From a bacterium (GTDB lineage Bacteria > Patescibacteriota > Microgenomatia > JAMCZE01), in contig JAKBJL010000001.1 of NCBI GenBank assembly GCA_021836035.1, forward strand, positions 44,370 through 108,369: DNA of 64,000 nt, read 5' to 3'. Shown here piece by piece: positions 27,346 to 36,559 of this stretch. The position numbers and the translations under genes are program-made. Every line of letters starts with the position of its first letter. The stretch's first letter is position 1. Under the pieces are notes generated by a model, which was not told where the DNA came from, did not search any database, and worked only from the letters and a program-made list of their open reading frames with translations.

Positions 27346-27978
27346 ATGGCCAAACGCGGCGGTCGGGAAACGGAATTTGCCGGAGAAGATAAAAGGGTAA
27401 CGAGAATTTGGACGAGGATCCGTCAGTTTCAAGCCCGGTCGCGAGAACTCCACGGTTTCCTCTGGGAAAATACCGGCCGGCACGGTCTCCTGACCGTGGA
27501 CCGGGGTCCCGCCGATTGCAAAAATAAAACCGTGGAAATCGGCCCCCTGGCTCAGGAATATTTTAACTCTATTTACGGTACTACTATCAACCGTGGATAT
27601 CTAATAATTATTAACGGACCCCAGCATTTCCAATTACGTCTTAACTGCTTTTTTCTTCCTTATCCCGACTTGCCCCGGGGTCCGCAGGTTTTTTCGCTGA
27701 GAACTTCAGGGAAATTCCCCCTAGCCTATACAGCCTCTGACGGTTCCCGGGAATTCCGCATTACCGCCGCTGCCGGAGATAACCGACGGCCGGGTTCGTT
27801 AAGGCCGGCAGATGTAATTATACCCATTGATCGGGAAATCCCCGTAGCGGTGGAGGGCTTCGAGCGTAGCTTGCTTCTTCTGGAAGAACCCCTGGCCAGA
27901 TTGTGCAAACAATTCGGCAGTGAAATTTCCCGTTGGAAAGAAAATCCCGGGCCAAAACGGAAAAAAGTCCGGCCTTAA
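27346..27978 (+). CDS. hypothetical protein (210 aa); may be the 5' part of a frameshifted gene continuing in 27933-28310
   Basis: Only long ORFs in this interval. GC-rich, and + strand among minus-strand neighbours. No motif recognised. Confidence 0.3.
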   Translation: MAKRGGRETEFAGEDKRVTRIWTRIRQFQARSRELHGFLWENTGRHGLLTVDRGPADCKNKTVEIGPLAQEYFNSIYGTTINRGYLIIINGPQHFQLRLNCFFLPYPDLPRGPQVFSLRTSGKFPLAYTASDGSREFRITAAAGDNRRPGSLRPADVIIPIDREIPVAVEGFERSLLLLEEPLARLCKQFGSEISRWKENPGPKRKKVRP

Positions 27979-28310
27979 AATCTATGCAGGCTATAATAGA
28001 ACTTGCCTATTTCCGTCCCCATGAATCCCAAGCCGAATTTCGCCGCAAATTTTCCCTGCGGCGCTGGAGCCAGCCGCTAACTATCAGCGCTGATGTCAAA
28101 GCGGAGTATGCTCCTCCGGAATCGGGGACTATCCATGTCCGCAGATTTGACCGCTGGCAACCCTTAGCCGTCATCCCGAAGCACGAGCGGAAAGCGACAG
28201 AATTACCCTGGGAAGATCTTGGCAGACTGGTAGTCACAATCGATAACCGCGGCGGAATCTCTGAGCGCTTCGGCTATTGGCTCCGCAGGCGCTTTTCTTC
28301 CCCCTTTTAA
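27933..28310 (+). CDS. hypothetical protein (125 aa), overlaps the previous ORF by 46 nt in another frame
   Basis: Protein-like composition. Followed by a perfect palindromic hairpin. Confidence 0.3.
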   Translation: MERKSRAKTEKSPALKSMQAIIELAYFRPHESQAEFRRKFSLRRWSQPLTISADVKAEYAPPESGTIHVRRFDRWQPLAVIPKHERKATELPWEDLGRLVVTIDNRGGISERFGYWLRRRFSSPF

Positions 28311-28314
28311 ACCC

Positions 28315-28340
28315 TTAACCCCGCATATAAGCGGGGTTAA
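28315..28340. terminator. perfect 10-bp palindromic hairpin TTAACCCCGC-ATATAA-GCGGGGTTAA between convergent genes
   Basis: Read directly. No clean T-run, so an intrinsic-terminator role is uncertain. Confidence 0.4.
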
Positions 28341-28417
28341 AGATCAAGCTGCAATTCAAGCTTAGAAGTCGCTGGCTGTAGTTAATGCGGAAAGTGGTAA
28401 GGAAATTGCAAGAAGAA

Positions 28418-29380
28418 CTAGAGCAATTTCATCTGTTCTTTGTCTTGCACATCCACGGTTTTGCCGTCGTCTGCGCCCCCGCGTTGCCCTTTATTTATCC
28501 GCTCTACCAAACTCTTAAATCCCAGTTTCTCCCGCATGTATTTCGTCCCCGCCGACCAGTCGATACTTTCTAGTCGCGCTTTCCCGGGGTCTAAACTAAC
28601 TGGAGCATCACAAGCGATTGTAGCTAACTTTTTACTTATCTGGGCATCTAACGCCCCCCGGGTTAACTTTTCCGCGAGTTTTTTATCCTTTGCGGCAATT
28701 TCTGGCATATTAGCATAAAGGTTCTCAAGACTTTGATATTGGGCGATCAATTTTTCCGCAGATTTGGGTCCGATTCCGCGGACGCCGGGATAATTGTCTG
28801 ACGGATCTCCTTTTAAGGCTTTGACGTCGGCCCATTGCGCGGGTTCCACACCAAATTCTTCCCTGACCATCCGCGCAGTATAAATCTTGGTTTCCGAAAG
28901 CCCCCTCACCGGAATACAAACCATGGTATTCTCATTGATCAACTGCAGCATATCTCTGTCACCGCTTACTATTATCGTTTCTAGCCTCTGGCCCCCAGCC
29001 CCTAACCCCCCCGCATTTTTGGCCAGCGTCCCGATAACGTCGTCCGCCTCATAGCCCGCCATCTCAAAATGCTCCACCCTCATCGTTTCCAAAAGTTCAT
29101 GGAGCAGCGCGATTTGGCTGGATAAACCGTCAGCCATCTCCGGACGTTGGGCCTGGTAGCGTGCATAAATCTTTTGCCTAAATGTCGGCGCGGGAAGGTC
29201 AAAGGCGACCGCCAGGTATTGCGGTTTTAAATCCGTAATGACCCGCAAGAGCATACCGAGGAACCCATAAACAGCGTTTACCGGTATACCTCCTGGCCCG
29301 GAAAGGGGCGGAATTGCGTGGTACGCCCGGTGTAAAATCGCGTGTCCGTCAATCAATAATAAGCGGCCATTATCCGGCAT
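28418..29380 (-). CDS. 5'-3' exonuclease / flap endonuclease (Pol I N-terminal domain-like)
   Basis: N-terminal PIN-like LLLIDGHAILHRAYHA. H3TH region with GVRGIGPKSAEKLI. Start taken at MPDNGRLL. Confidence 0.8.
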   Translation of the reverse strand: MPDNGRLLLIDGHAILHRAYHAIPPLSGPGGIPVNAVYGFLGMLLRVITDLKPQYLAVAFDLPAPTFRQKIYARYQAQRPEMADGLSSQIALLHELLETMRVEHFEMAGYEADDVIGTLAKNAGGLGAGGQRLETIIVSGDRDMLQLINENTMVCIPVRGLSETKIYTARMVREEFGVEPAQWADVKALKGDPSDNYPGVRGIGPKSAEKLIAQYQSLENLYANMPEIAAKDKKLAEKLTRGALDAQISKKLATIACDAPVSLDPGKARLESIDWSAGTKYMREKLGFKSLVERINKGQRGGADDGKTVDVQDKEQMKLL

Positions 29381-29580
29381 ACAGCGGTTAGTATACCTTA
29401 GTTTTAACCGGGGTGACACCCGACAGGAGCCCATAAAAAATGTCTCCGGGCATCTCTCTCTAAATAGGTTTACATAAATTAACTTTTGAAAAAGATTCTA
29501 AAAATTGATTGGCTGTTATGGCGAGGAGGGTTTTGGGGGCTATTGGGTGGTATGACCCGAATTATAAATTATGATTTTAA

Positions 29581-31506
29581 TTATTTTTCCGCTATCGCCA
29601 GTGCAACTTTGGGGTGGCCCATGATTTTTTCAAACTCTTCCCCTTCTAATGTTTCCCTGGCGATGAGCGCCTCCGCTACTTTGTCCAGAAGCTTCTTATT
29701 CTTTTTAAGAATATCCGTAGCTAGCTGCATACCCTCATCTAACAGCCGTTTTATCTCCTGGTCAATCCGGCCCGACATATCCTCGGAAATTTTCTGCGGC
29801 TCCTGGTAAAAGCGCCCCATAAAAGAATCCAGATGGTCGCCGAAATTGACCGGTCCCAAATTGGACATCCCGAATTCCGTCACCATTTCCCGGGCAATGG
29901 AAGTCGCGTTTTGGATATCGGCAACCGCCCCGGTTGTAACATCATTAAAGATTATTTGCTCCGCCACCCTGCCCCCCATCATGGCGGCAATTTGCTCTAA
30001 AAGATGTGATTTGGTCTCATGCAGGCGGTCCGCCTCGGGCGGATTAAAAGTTTGTCCCAAAGTCATCGCCCGGCTGACAATGCTTACCCGGTGTACGGGA
30101 TCCAAATGCGGCAATTCATGGATCACAACCGCATGCCCGGCCTCATGGTAAGCGGTCATCTTGCGGTCCAAATCGGACTGCAGCCGTTTCTTTTCCGGCC
30201 CCAACTTCACCTTGGTAGCCGCTTCCTCAATATCGATGGGATCAATGCTTGTCTTGCCTAACCGCGCGGCGAGAATTGCCGCTTCGTTGAGCATATTTTC
30301 TAAATCCGCACCGGAAAAACCGACAGTCCGCTTGGCAACCTTATCCCAATTTACCTCCGGGGTAAAAGGCTTACCGCGCATATGAATCTTTAAAATAGCC
30401 AGACGCCCCTCTTTGTCCGGCAAGTCAAGACTTACCCTCCGATCAAAACGCCCCGGACGGATCAAGGCCGGATCCAGGACGTCCGGGCGATTTGTAGCCG
30501 CCATGACAATCACGTTTTCGTTGGGAGCAAAGCCGTCCATTTCTACGAGGATTTGGTTTAGTGTCTGCTCCCGCTCGTCATGCCCGCCGACCAAACCCAT
30601 GCCCCGCTGCCGGCCGATCGCATCAATCTCATCAATAAAAATAATTGCCGGGGCGGCTTTTTTTGCCTGGGCAAAAAGATCCCGGACCCGGGAGGCACCG
30701 ACACCAACCAGCATTTCCATAAACTCGCTGCCCGCCATGGAGAAAAACGGGACCCCAGCTTCCCCGGCTACTGCCTTGGCAAGCAAAGTTTTTCCCGTTC
30801 CGGCCGGGCCGATCAATAAGACTCCTTTAGGCGTGCGGGCCCCGAGCAGCTGGTATTTACGGGGGCTCTTGAGAAAATCGACGACTTCCGTAAGTTCCTG
30901 CTTTGCTTCGTCCACCCCGGCGACATCGGAAAAAGTCACTTTCGGTTGGTCTTTTGTGTAGGGTTTAGCCCGTGAGCTGCCGAAAGACATAATGGAATCC
31001 TGGGCTCCCCGCGCCTGTCGGAATACCCAGAAGAAAAATACTCCCATAAGCACTAAAGGCAAAATATTGGACAGGATATTTATCCAATTGTTTGATAGTG
31101 AGGTATCCTGAACGGTTATTTTCGTACTGTCAGGATTAATCCCGGCCGCTTCGAGCGTCCGGATAAAGGATTCGTCGCTTTCTTTGCGGGAAACCGCCGT
31201 CTGGCCGTTTTTATACTTAATCGTCAGGGTATTATCAGCAACGGAAACCGAATCAACCTTCTGATCCTTGATGTCCTGTAAAACTGTCGAAAGCGGCTTA
31301 TTCTCCACGCTGGCCGGAGGCTTGACAAAGGAAGCAAAGATCGTTAAGGCGACAAAGGCAATAAAGAGGTAAAAAAGAAAATCCTTGAAAGAAAAATGGA
31401 ACCGCAGCTCCATCTTCTTTATCGGTTTCTTCCCGTTACCCTTGCCGTTGCTATTACCCCCCGTATTGCTTCCTCTCCCCAGTATTTTTGGTATGGATAA
31501 TTTCAT
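29581..31506 (-). CDS. ftsH: ATP-dependent zinc metalloprotease FtsH
   Basis: Walker [12 protein letters not shown] region, HEAGHA zinc site. Gly/Asn-rich low-complexity N-terminal tail. ATG at 31506 preferred over the TTG at 31533. Confidence 0.9.
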   Translation of the reverse strand: MKLSIPKILGRGSNTGGNSNGKGNGKKPIKKMELRFHFSFKDFLFYLFIAFVALTIFASFVKPPASVENKPLSTVLQDIKDQKVDSVSVADNTLTIKYKNGQTAVSRKESDESFIRTLEAAGINPDSTKITVQDTSLSNNWINILSNILPLVLMGVFFFWVFRQARGAQDSIMSFGSSRAKPYTKDQPKVTFSDVAGVDEAKQELTEVVDFLKSPRKYQLLGARTPKGVLLIGPAGTGKTLLAKAVAGEAGVPFFSMAGSEFMEMLVGVGASRVRDLFAQAKKAAPAIIFIDEIDAIGRQRGMGLVGGHDEREQTLNQILVEMDGFAPNENVIVMAATNRPDVLDPALIRPGRFDRRVSLDLPDKEGRLAILKIHMRGKPFTPEVNWDKVAKRTVGFSGADLENMLNEAAILAARLGKTSIDPIDIEEAATKVKLGPEKKRLQSDLDRKMTAYHEAGHAVVIHELPHLDPVHRVSIVSRAMTLGQTFNPPEADRLHETKSHLLEQIAAMMGGRVAEQIIFNDVTTGAVADIQNATSIAREMVTEFGMSNLGPVNFGDHLDSFMGRFYQEPQKISEDMSGRIDQEIKRLLDEGMQLATDILKKNKKLLDKVAEALIARETLEGEEFEKIMGHPKVALAIAEK

Positions 31507-31516
31507 ATACCTTAAT

Positions 31517-31665
31517 TTTAAAAAGGGTGACAATTAGCGCGGCACCCTAAAAACGTACGTACTCCCTCCCTCTTCGCTAAATAAAACAATTCTCTTAAGG
31601 AAAAACAAACGGGTTGGTTGTATGGGCGAGTCGGCTTATTGGGACTGCGAGCTACCAGGACCCTT
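31517..31665 (+). repeat. MITE-like intergenic repeat, copy F (starts about 10 nt from the ftsH ATG)
   Basis: CTTAATTTTAAAAAGGGTGACAATTAGCGCGG ... GGGACTGCGAGCTACCAGGACCC. Confidence 0.65.
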
Positions 31666-31668
31666 AAC

Positions 31669-32016
31669 TCACCTTACCACCGAACCAGTTACTACATCCT
31701 CATCGAAATTATACAGGACTGCTTTCTCGTCTGAGGCGACCGCCAGAACCATCCCCGCGCTCTCGTATTCTTTCTCTCCGATCTTAAACCTTTTCGGTGC
31801 CAAGTTTACCACAAATGCCAACTTTCTGCCGGCCAACTTTTCCGGTGGATACCAAGGCTTTATCCCCGCACAAATGGTTCTTTTTCCGAGTTCCACACCA
31901 AAGTCCACTACCATCCTGACCAATTTATCGCTGCCCTCAACAGCCCCGCTCTCCACTACCTCCCCGACCCGTAAATCCAGTTTAGAAAAATCCGCGTAAT
32001 CAATTTGTGGTTTCAT
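31669..32016 (-). CDS. free-standing tRNA-binding domain protein (CsaA/Trbp111/EMAP-like OB fold)
   Basis: DLRVGEVVE...KL....VDFG....R.I..GI motif of the MetRS C-terminal/CsaA family. Overlaps the trpS stop by 17 nt. Confidence 0.75.
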   Translation of the reverse strand: MKPQIDYADFSKLDLRVGEVVESGAVEGSDKLVRMVVDFGVELGKRTICAGIKPWYPPEKLAGRKLAFVVNLAPKRFKIGEKEYESAGMVLAVASDEKAVLYNFDEDVVTGSVVR

Positions 32017-33028
32017 GCTTACTCAGCCCCATTTTCCCCCGCACTTCTTTTAAAGTTTTGTCAGCAATTCCCCGGGCGTAATCGGCGCCCTCTTTGAGGA
32101 TGTCCTCTACTTCCTCCGGATGTTCCTCGTAATGTTTGCGCCGCTCCTGAACCGGCCGTAACTCTTTATATATTGCTTCCGCTAGTTCCGCTTTCAGTTC
32201 CCCGTATCTTATCCCCCCGTTCTTGTACTGTTCCTTGTACTGCATAGCCCGGTCGTGGCCTTCGAAAAGTTCCACAAAGGTCATTAAATTAGCCGCCGGT
32301 CCTTCTGCCGGGAATTTCTCCCCGTGGCCACTGTCGGTCGGTGCCTTAGCCAGCACCGTTTTAATTTCTGCCAAAGAATCCGTCAGGATTATCGTTCCGC
32401 CCTTGGACTTGCTCATTTTTCCTTCCCCGGAAAGAGAAGGTACGCTCCCGCCTGGCGTAGCATAACGTTGTGGTTCCACCAGTTTAGTTCCGTACATGGC
32501 ATTAAATTTCCGGGCCATCTCCCGGGCAACTTCTAGGTGGGGTTCATTATCTATCCCGATCGGAACCAGCTCGGCGTTATAAATTAAAATATCCGCCGCC
32601 ATAAGAACCGGATAATAAAACAAGCCGATATTAATATAGTCTGGATAGGTCGCTTTCTTTTCCTTATAGGTGGGCAGGTCTTCAATTCGGGAAACCGGAT
32701 AAATGCATCCTAAATAATAAGCCAGCTCCAGGTGTTCACCCGCCAGTTGCGATTGTACCAAAAGGTGGCACTTGTGCGGATCCAAGCCGGCTCCGAGGAA
32801 ATCTAAAACCACCTCGCGGATTTGCGCCTGCAATGTTTGGGGATCATAAGGAACGATAACGGTATGTAGGTCCACGACAGAGAAAATGCAGTCGTACTTA
32901 TCCTGCAGCTCCAGCATCCCTTTCATCGCTCCCAGATAATTGCCGATATGGGGCCTGGCGTTAGCCCGTACCCCGGAAAAAACTCTTTTTTTCTGCTCCA
33001 TAAGCCCATTATCCCACAGCTTCCGCAA
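32000..33028 (-). CDS. trpS: tryptophanyl-tRNA synthetase
   Basis: Class I HIGH-type motif FSGVRANARPHIGNYLGA and KMSKSKGG. Confidence 0.85.
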   Translation of the reverse strand: MRKLWDNGLMEQKKRVFSGVRANARPHIGNYLGAMKGMLELQDKYDCIFSVVDLHTVIVPYDPQTLQAQIREVVLDFLGAGLDPHKCHLLVQSQLAGEHLELAYYLGCIYPVSRIEDLPTYKEKKATYPDYINIGLFYYPVLMAADILIYNAELVPIGIDNEPHLEVAREMARKFNAMYGTKLVEPQRYATPGGSVPSLSGEGKMSKSKGGTIILTDSLAEIKTVLAKAPTDSGHGEKFPAEGPAANLMTFVELFEGHDRAMQYKEQYKNGGIRYGELKAELAEAIYKELRPVQERRKHYEEHPEEVEDILKEGADYARGIADKTLKEVRGKMGLSKHETTN

Positions 33029-33071
33029 ATTTTCATATCGCTTACGAAAGCATCTTTACCCGGGATGGGAC

Positions 33072-33365
33072 TCAGCGTGTCAAAATATGAAGGAAAGCGT
33101 GGACCAAAGAAAGCACCAGACTGAAAGCCAGCGCCCACCAGAAGTTGGCAACCGTAAAACCCGGTATCAGGGCGCTGACCAGGAGGACAAGAAGAGCGGA
33201 AATAACAAAAGTAAATAGCCCCAGGGTCAAAATAGTTACCGGCAGGGTCAGGACAACCAGAACCGGCCTGATAACTGTGTTGGCTAGACCCAAAGCAATA
33301 GCCACGACTATCGCCGTCTGCCAGTTGGCAACCTTAACCCCCGGCAAGAGACGGGCGGTGATCAT
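33072..33365 (-). CDS. small membrane protein (97 aa), YvlD/DUF360-like, about 3-4 TM
   Basis: Hydrophobic profile and length typical of that family. The family assignment is recalled, not tested. Confidence 0.45.
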   Translation of the reverse strand: MITARLLPGVKVANWQTAIVVAIALGLANTVIRPVLVVLTLPVTILTLGLFTFVISALLVLLVSALIPGFTVANFWWALAFSLVLSLVHAFLHILTR

Positions 33366-33394
33366 TACCGCCAGGGTACCGACTAATAAATTGA

Positions 33395-33661
33395 TTAAGA
33401 AGCTCGTGGGGTAATCTTGCTCTTCTCGCCCTCTTTTTCCAATGCCGGATGCGCCTTTAATAATTCCAGTACCCGCGCTTTCTCGGCGGGGCTGGCTTCT
33501 GGGGCGTTAAAGCCAAAGCCGTTGGTCTCGTGATAAGAGGCATCGCGAAGCATCTCGGCTTCGGCAAACGGGGCCATCGACAGACCTTTGCTGGTCAGGT
33601 CCCCGATTCTTTTTACTGCCCGGGTACAAATCCTTATGGTTTCCGCAGAATATCGGTTCAT
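33395..33661 (-). CDS. hypothetical protein (about 88 aa from MNRYSAE)
   Basis: ORF with protein-like composition. The upstream part of the track ORF runs into MITE copy K. Confidence 0.35.
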   Translation of the reverse strand: MNRYSAETIRICTRAVKRIGDLTSKGLSMAPFAEAEMLRDASYHETNGFGFNAPEASPAEKARVLELLKAHPALEKEGEKSKITPRAS

Positions 33662-33717
33662 AGGATAATTTAAGCACCGGGATTTGGCTTTGTAAAGAAG
33701 GCTTGGGCTATCCCCGA

Positions 33718-34371
33718 TTAAGAGGGCCGGGCTTGCTCGGGACGAGTATGCTCCGAAAGATACCCCGAGCACGCCTTATCATACCCGCGGGGCTTAATTT
33801 GGTCGTTCCCGCCCGGTCTTCCCGCTCCTTCGGTTTTATCTCCAGCTGAGCCTGCCAACCGAAGCGAACATCGGTCCCCCCTCCCGACGCTTCCTGCCAA
33901 TTCATACGCACAAAAGATACTATATGTAAGGTAATAACTTATAGTACGGTCCAAGCGAAGCCCACAAACGGCCTGAAGAGGCGACACCCTTTTTAAGCTA
34001 AAGCGACTTGGGTTAAAAACCAGAAATTTAAGCCCGCTGCTTGCCGTCCCCGCAAGCGCAAAGTGCTTATTCCCCTCTTTTTTTATTAGTCCGTAAGAAG
34101 CCAACAACCGGGCGCTATTTAATCCTACCGAGGGCGTCCCGCCGTGTACTGCGGAATTGATAATAATTCCCATAGCTCCCGCCACGTTTAACAGCTGATA
34201 ACTTTTAGAGCTAGCCTCAATCTTACGCGTTGTTATTAAAAAGTAGGCCAAAAAAATAGCTATGGTTCCTCCCCACCCTATTGCCCCGCGGGGCATAATT
34301 GGTTTTGTCACCCCCTTGATAAAGAAAATCTCTTGCTTGCCTTGCTTGCGGGGGATGAAAGAGGTTAACAA
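33718..34371 (-). CDS. small membrane protein gene whose reading frame runs on into MITE copy K (3' extension)
   Basis: First about 120 aa look like a 2-3 TM small membrane protein. From codon about 124 (SLKRVSPL = AGCTTAAAAAGGGTGTCGCC) the sequence is the repeat element. Confidence 0.4.
   Translation of the reverse strand: MLTSFIPRKQGKQEIFFIKGVTKPIMPRGAIGWGGTIAIFLAYFLITTRKIEASSKSYQLLNVAGAMGIIINSAVHGGTPSVGLNSARLLASYGLIKKEGNKHFALAGTASSGLKFLVFNPSRFSLKRVSPLQAVCGLRLDRTISYYLTYSIFCAYELAGSVGRGDRCSLRLAGSAGDKTEGAGRPGGNDQIKPRGYDKACSGYLSEHTRPEQARPS
33783..33986 (-). repeat. MITE-like repeat, copy K, inverted orientation and divergent interior
   Basis: + strand reads CTTAATTTGG...GCGACACCCTTTTTAAGC. 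This is the reverse complement of the family termini AAAAAGGGTG...CCAAATTAAG. Confidence 0.5.
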
Positions 34372-34560
34372 ATTGGTTTTTTCTTGCTATGGGGGAAATT
34401 TACAGAAAAACGATTTTCTTTCGCCTTTATTTATTGCATATAGTTCTTTCGTGACCAAACCATAAGGATAAACCCCCTCTTGACATGGACAGATTATATT
34501 CATAGGGAGATTGTCTTGCCAATTTAATCGTGTTAAAATTAGGGGTACAAATTAATTTAT

Positions 34561-34629
34561 CGCGGGGTAGTGTAAAGTTGCATGGAAGGCTCATAATCTT
34601 CCGGTCCTGGCGCGATTCCAGGCCCCGCA
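34561..34629 (+). tRNA. aberrant tRNA-like sequence, anticodon CAU; possible pseudo-tRNA
   Basis: 7-bp acceptor stem with a C1xA72 mismatch. 6-nt D-loop without GG. Anticodon stem GAAGG/TCTTC with loop CTCATAA. T-arm CCTGG-CGCGATT-CCAGG lacks T54-Psi55. Discriminator A. Confidence 0.3.
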
Positions 34630-34684
34630 ACAAGGAGCGCGAAGCGCAGCTCGGTCCCGAGCTTGTCGAGGGACACTTCATTAT

Positions 34685-34930
34685 ATGTGGTTTGTCTACG
34701 TTCTCCTCTGTATAGATGGTAGCCTCTACACCGGAACTTCCACTAATCCTAATAAAAGATTTTCCGATCACAAAAACGGCAAGGGTGGTCGCTACACCAA
34801 AACCCACAAAGCCACCAAGCTCCTTTACACCGAACGGCTCGCTTCAAAATCGGCTGCTTTAAAACGCGAAGCCCAAATCAAAAGTTGGAGCCGCCAAAAG
34901 AAAATTCGAGTATTGAAATTGAAAACTTGA
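34685..34930 (+). CDS. GIY-YIG nuclease family protein (81 aa)
   Basis: FVYVLLCIDGSLYTGTSTNPNKRFSDHKNG...KLLYTE...EAQIKSWSRQKK matches the GIY-YIG domain consensus. Confidence 0.75.
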   Translation: MWFVYVLLCIDGSLYTGTSTNPNKRFSDHKNGKGGRYTKTHKATKLLYTERLASKSAALKREAQIKSWSRQKKIRVLKLKT

Positions 34931-35035
34931 TTTCTTTTCCTCCCCGCAACTTAGAGATTTGGGCTGCGTAGACTATCTAATATCCTTGACTCAATTTCTT
35001 TAATGGCGTGGGTGGATGGCGTTCCGGCTTTTACA

Positions 35036-36457
35036 TTATTTAATTTGATACCTCGGAATTTTCTCTAGTATCTCCGTTCCTTTTGAAGTCTGGAAAACCT
35101 TTTTATACGAACTCTCGAAATACTTGAGCATCATTTTTTCTGGTGCGGTCTCGAGCGGGGTGGGTCTGTATATAACCACCTCCGGCGGGGATGATCTGAG
35201 GGCCCGAAGATTATCTTCCCCCGCATAGGCCATTTGCCAAGAAAGTTGATCGAGCCAGGGTTTAAACGCCGGAGGCTGGTTTGTAAGCGCATAAACCAAG
35301 TCCGGCCCGTGAAATGAATAAAGAGATCGGCCTGAATATTTTTGCTTAATGTAAAGGGCCACCTGTTTTATCTCATCGTCGTAATACGGTTGATCAACCC
35401 GCAAGTGCCGCATAAATATAGAAGTCCCTACAATGAAAAGACTAACCAAATAGGTAACCAAAAGTGGCCCTCTCGACAGCTGTTTGCCTGTTGACACTAT
35501 TCCCAGGGTCAGAAACGAGAAAACTAAGGAAGACTCCAGTCGAGAATAGGCAAAGTTTGGAAAGGCGAAGAGGAATGTAGAAATAATCCAAGCGGCCAAA
35601 AGCAGCGAGGGCAAGGTGTTTTTTCTGAGGGCGAAAATTATTGGTGGCAACAGAAACAACCCTACAGCCAGAGATTGTCTCAGGCTGGGTAGGCGCAGGT
35701 AAGGTAACACACCGATAATTTTTGCTTGCGGTATAACCAATATAAATTTTATTCCCCATTTTAAAAAATCAAACAGAATATTTTTTGAAATGAGCCAGAC
35801 GAGGAAAAACGAGAGAACCAAAACAAGAGGAAACCCGAACCACAAAAATGTTGTTAATACTCTTTGTAAATTAAACCTTCTCTTGCCTCGCAGCAGCAAC
35901 AAATAAGGAACAAAAGCCAAGAGCGACAGGGCTGCGGTTTGTTTGATCAGAATTGCAATTCCGCTTATGAGCCCGACAGAGGCTATTTTCCACCATCTTT
36001 GTTTTGAGGCAAAGGATACCTCAAGTAAGAATATTGCCAGAAGCAAAGGCGGCAGGAGGCTGTCGAACCAAAATTGGTTCCCTTCAAAATTCAACAGTAT
36101 GTAACCGAGAAACAGACCAAATACAAAACTTCTTAGCTTGTTTTTTGAATAGTAATATATCGTTAGCATAACGATTCCCACGATAAGAGAGAGAAGTATC
36201 GTTCCCAGGTAGTGCAAAAATTGAGGGTCGTATCCGACCAAGCCAAAAAGTGTTTGCAGGGCAATGGGCAACAGGGGGGTATAAACCATGGAAAAGTCTC
36301 TATAGGGGATAAAGCCATGGTTCATAAAGAGGGGGTAGTTAAGCATTTCCGGCCAGTAAGTGAACATGGTTTTATAGCTTAGCAATATGACGAAAATAAG
36401 TGGTAAAAGGAACCACAGTAAAGAAATAAAAACAGTAATTAATGACTTGTTTCTCAC
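35036..36457 (-). CDS. polytopic membrane protein, probable GT-C fold glycosyltransferase (PMT/ArnT-like)
   Basis: About 12 TM, 473 aa, periplasmic-loop pattern typical of GT39/GT83-like enzymes. Confidence 0.6.
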   Translation of the reverse strand: MRNKSLITVFISLLWFLLPLIFVILLSYKTMFTYWPEMLNYPLFMNHGFIPYRDFSMVYTPLLPIALQTLFGLVGYDPQFLHYLGTILLSLIVGIVMLTIYYYSKNKLRSFVFGLFLGYILLNFEGNQFWFDSLLPPLLLAIFLLEVSFASKQRWWKIASVGLISGIAILIKQTAALSLLAFVPYLLLLRGKRRFNLQRVLTTFLWFGFPLVLVLSFFLVWLISKNILFDFLKWGIKFILVIPQAKIIGVLPYLRLPSLRQSLAVGLFLLPPIIFALRKNTLPSLLLAAWIISTFLFAFPNFAYSRLESSLVFSFLTLGIVSTGKQLSRGPLLVTYLVSLFIVGTSIFMRHLRVDQPYYDDEIKQVALYIKQKYSGRSLYSFHGPDLVYALTNQPPAFKPWLDQLSWQMAYAGEDNLRALRSSPPEVVIYRPTPLETAPEKMMLKYFESSYKKVFQTSKGTEILEKIPRYQIK

Positions 36458-36475
36458 AAATCAATTGTATCAAAC

Positions 36476-36552
36476 ACAAAAGTCCCTCTCGGGGCCGAAT
36501 TACCGAACAGAATAATCTTCTTGGTTGGGGACAGAACTAGGGGGCCGGTAGA
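36476..36552 (+). repeat. partial or degenerate MITE-like copy J (right half only)
   Basis: ACACAAAAGTCCCTCTCGGGG ... CTTCTTGGTTGGGGACAGAACTAGGGGGCC resembles the internal and right parts of the family. Confidence 0.3.
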
Positions 36553-36559
36553 GTTAGAA

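Noticed and set aside
33780-33992. Highly structured GC-rich stretch first considered a riboswitch, RNase P, SRP or tmRNA-like ncRNA.
   Set aside because: Its termini are the reverse complement of the MITE family ends (CTTAATTTGG ... CACCCTTTTTAAGC), so it is an inverted copy (K) of the dispersed repeat. No RNase P P4, SRP domain IV or tmRNA motifs were found anywhere in the window.
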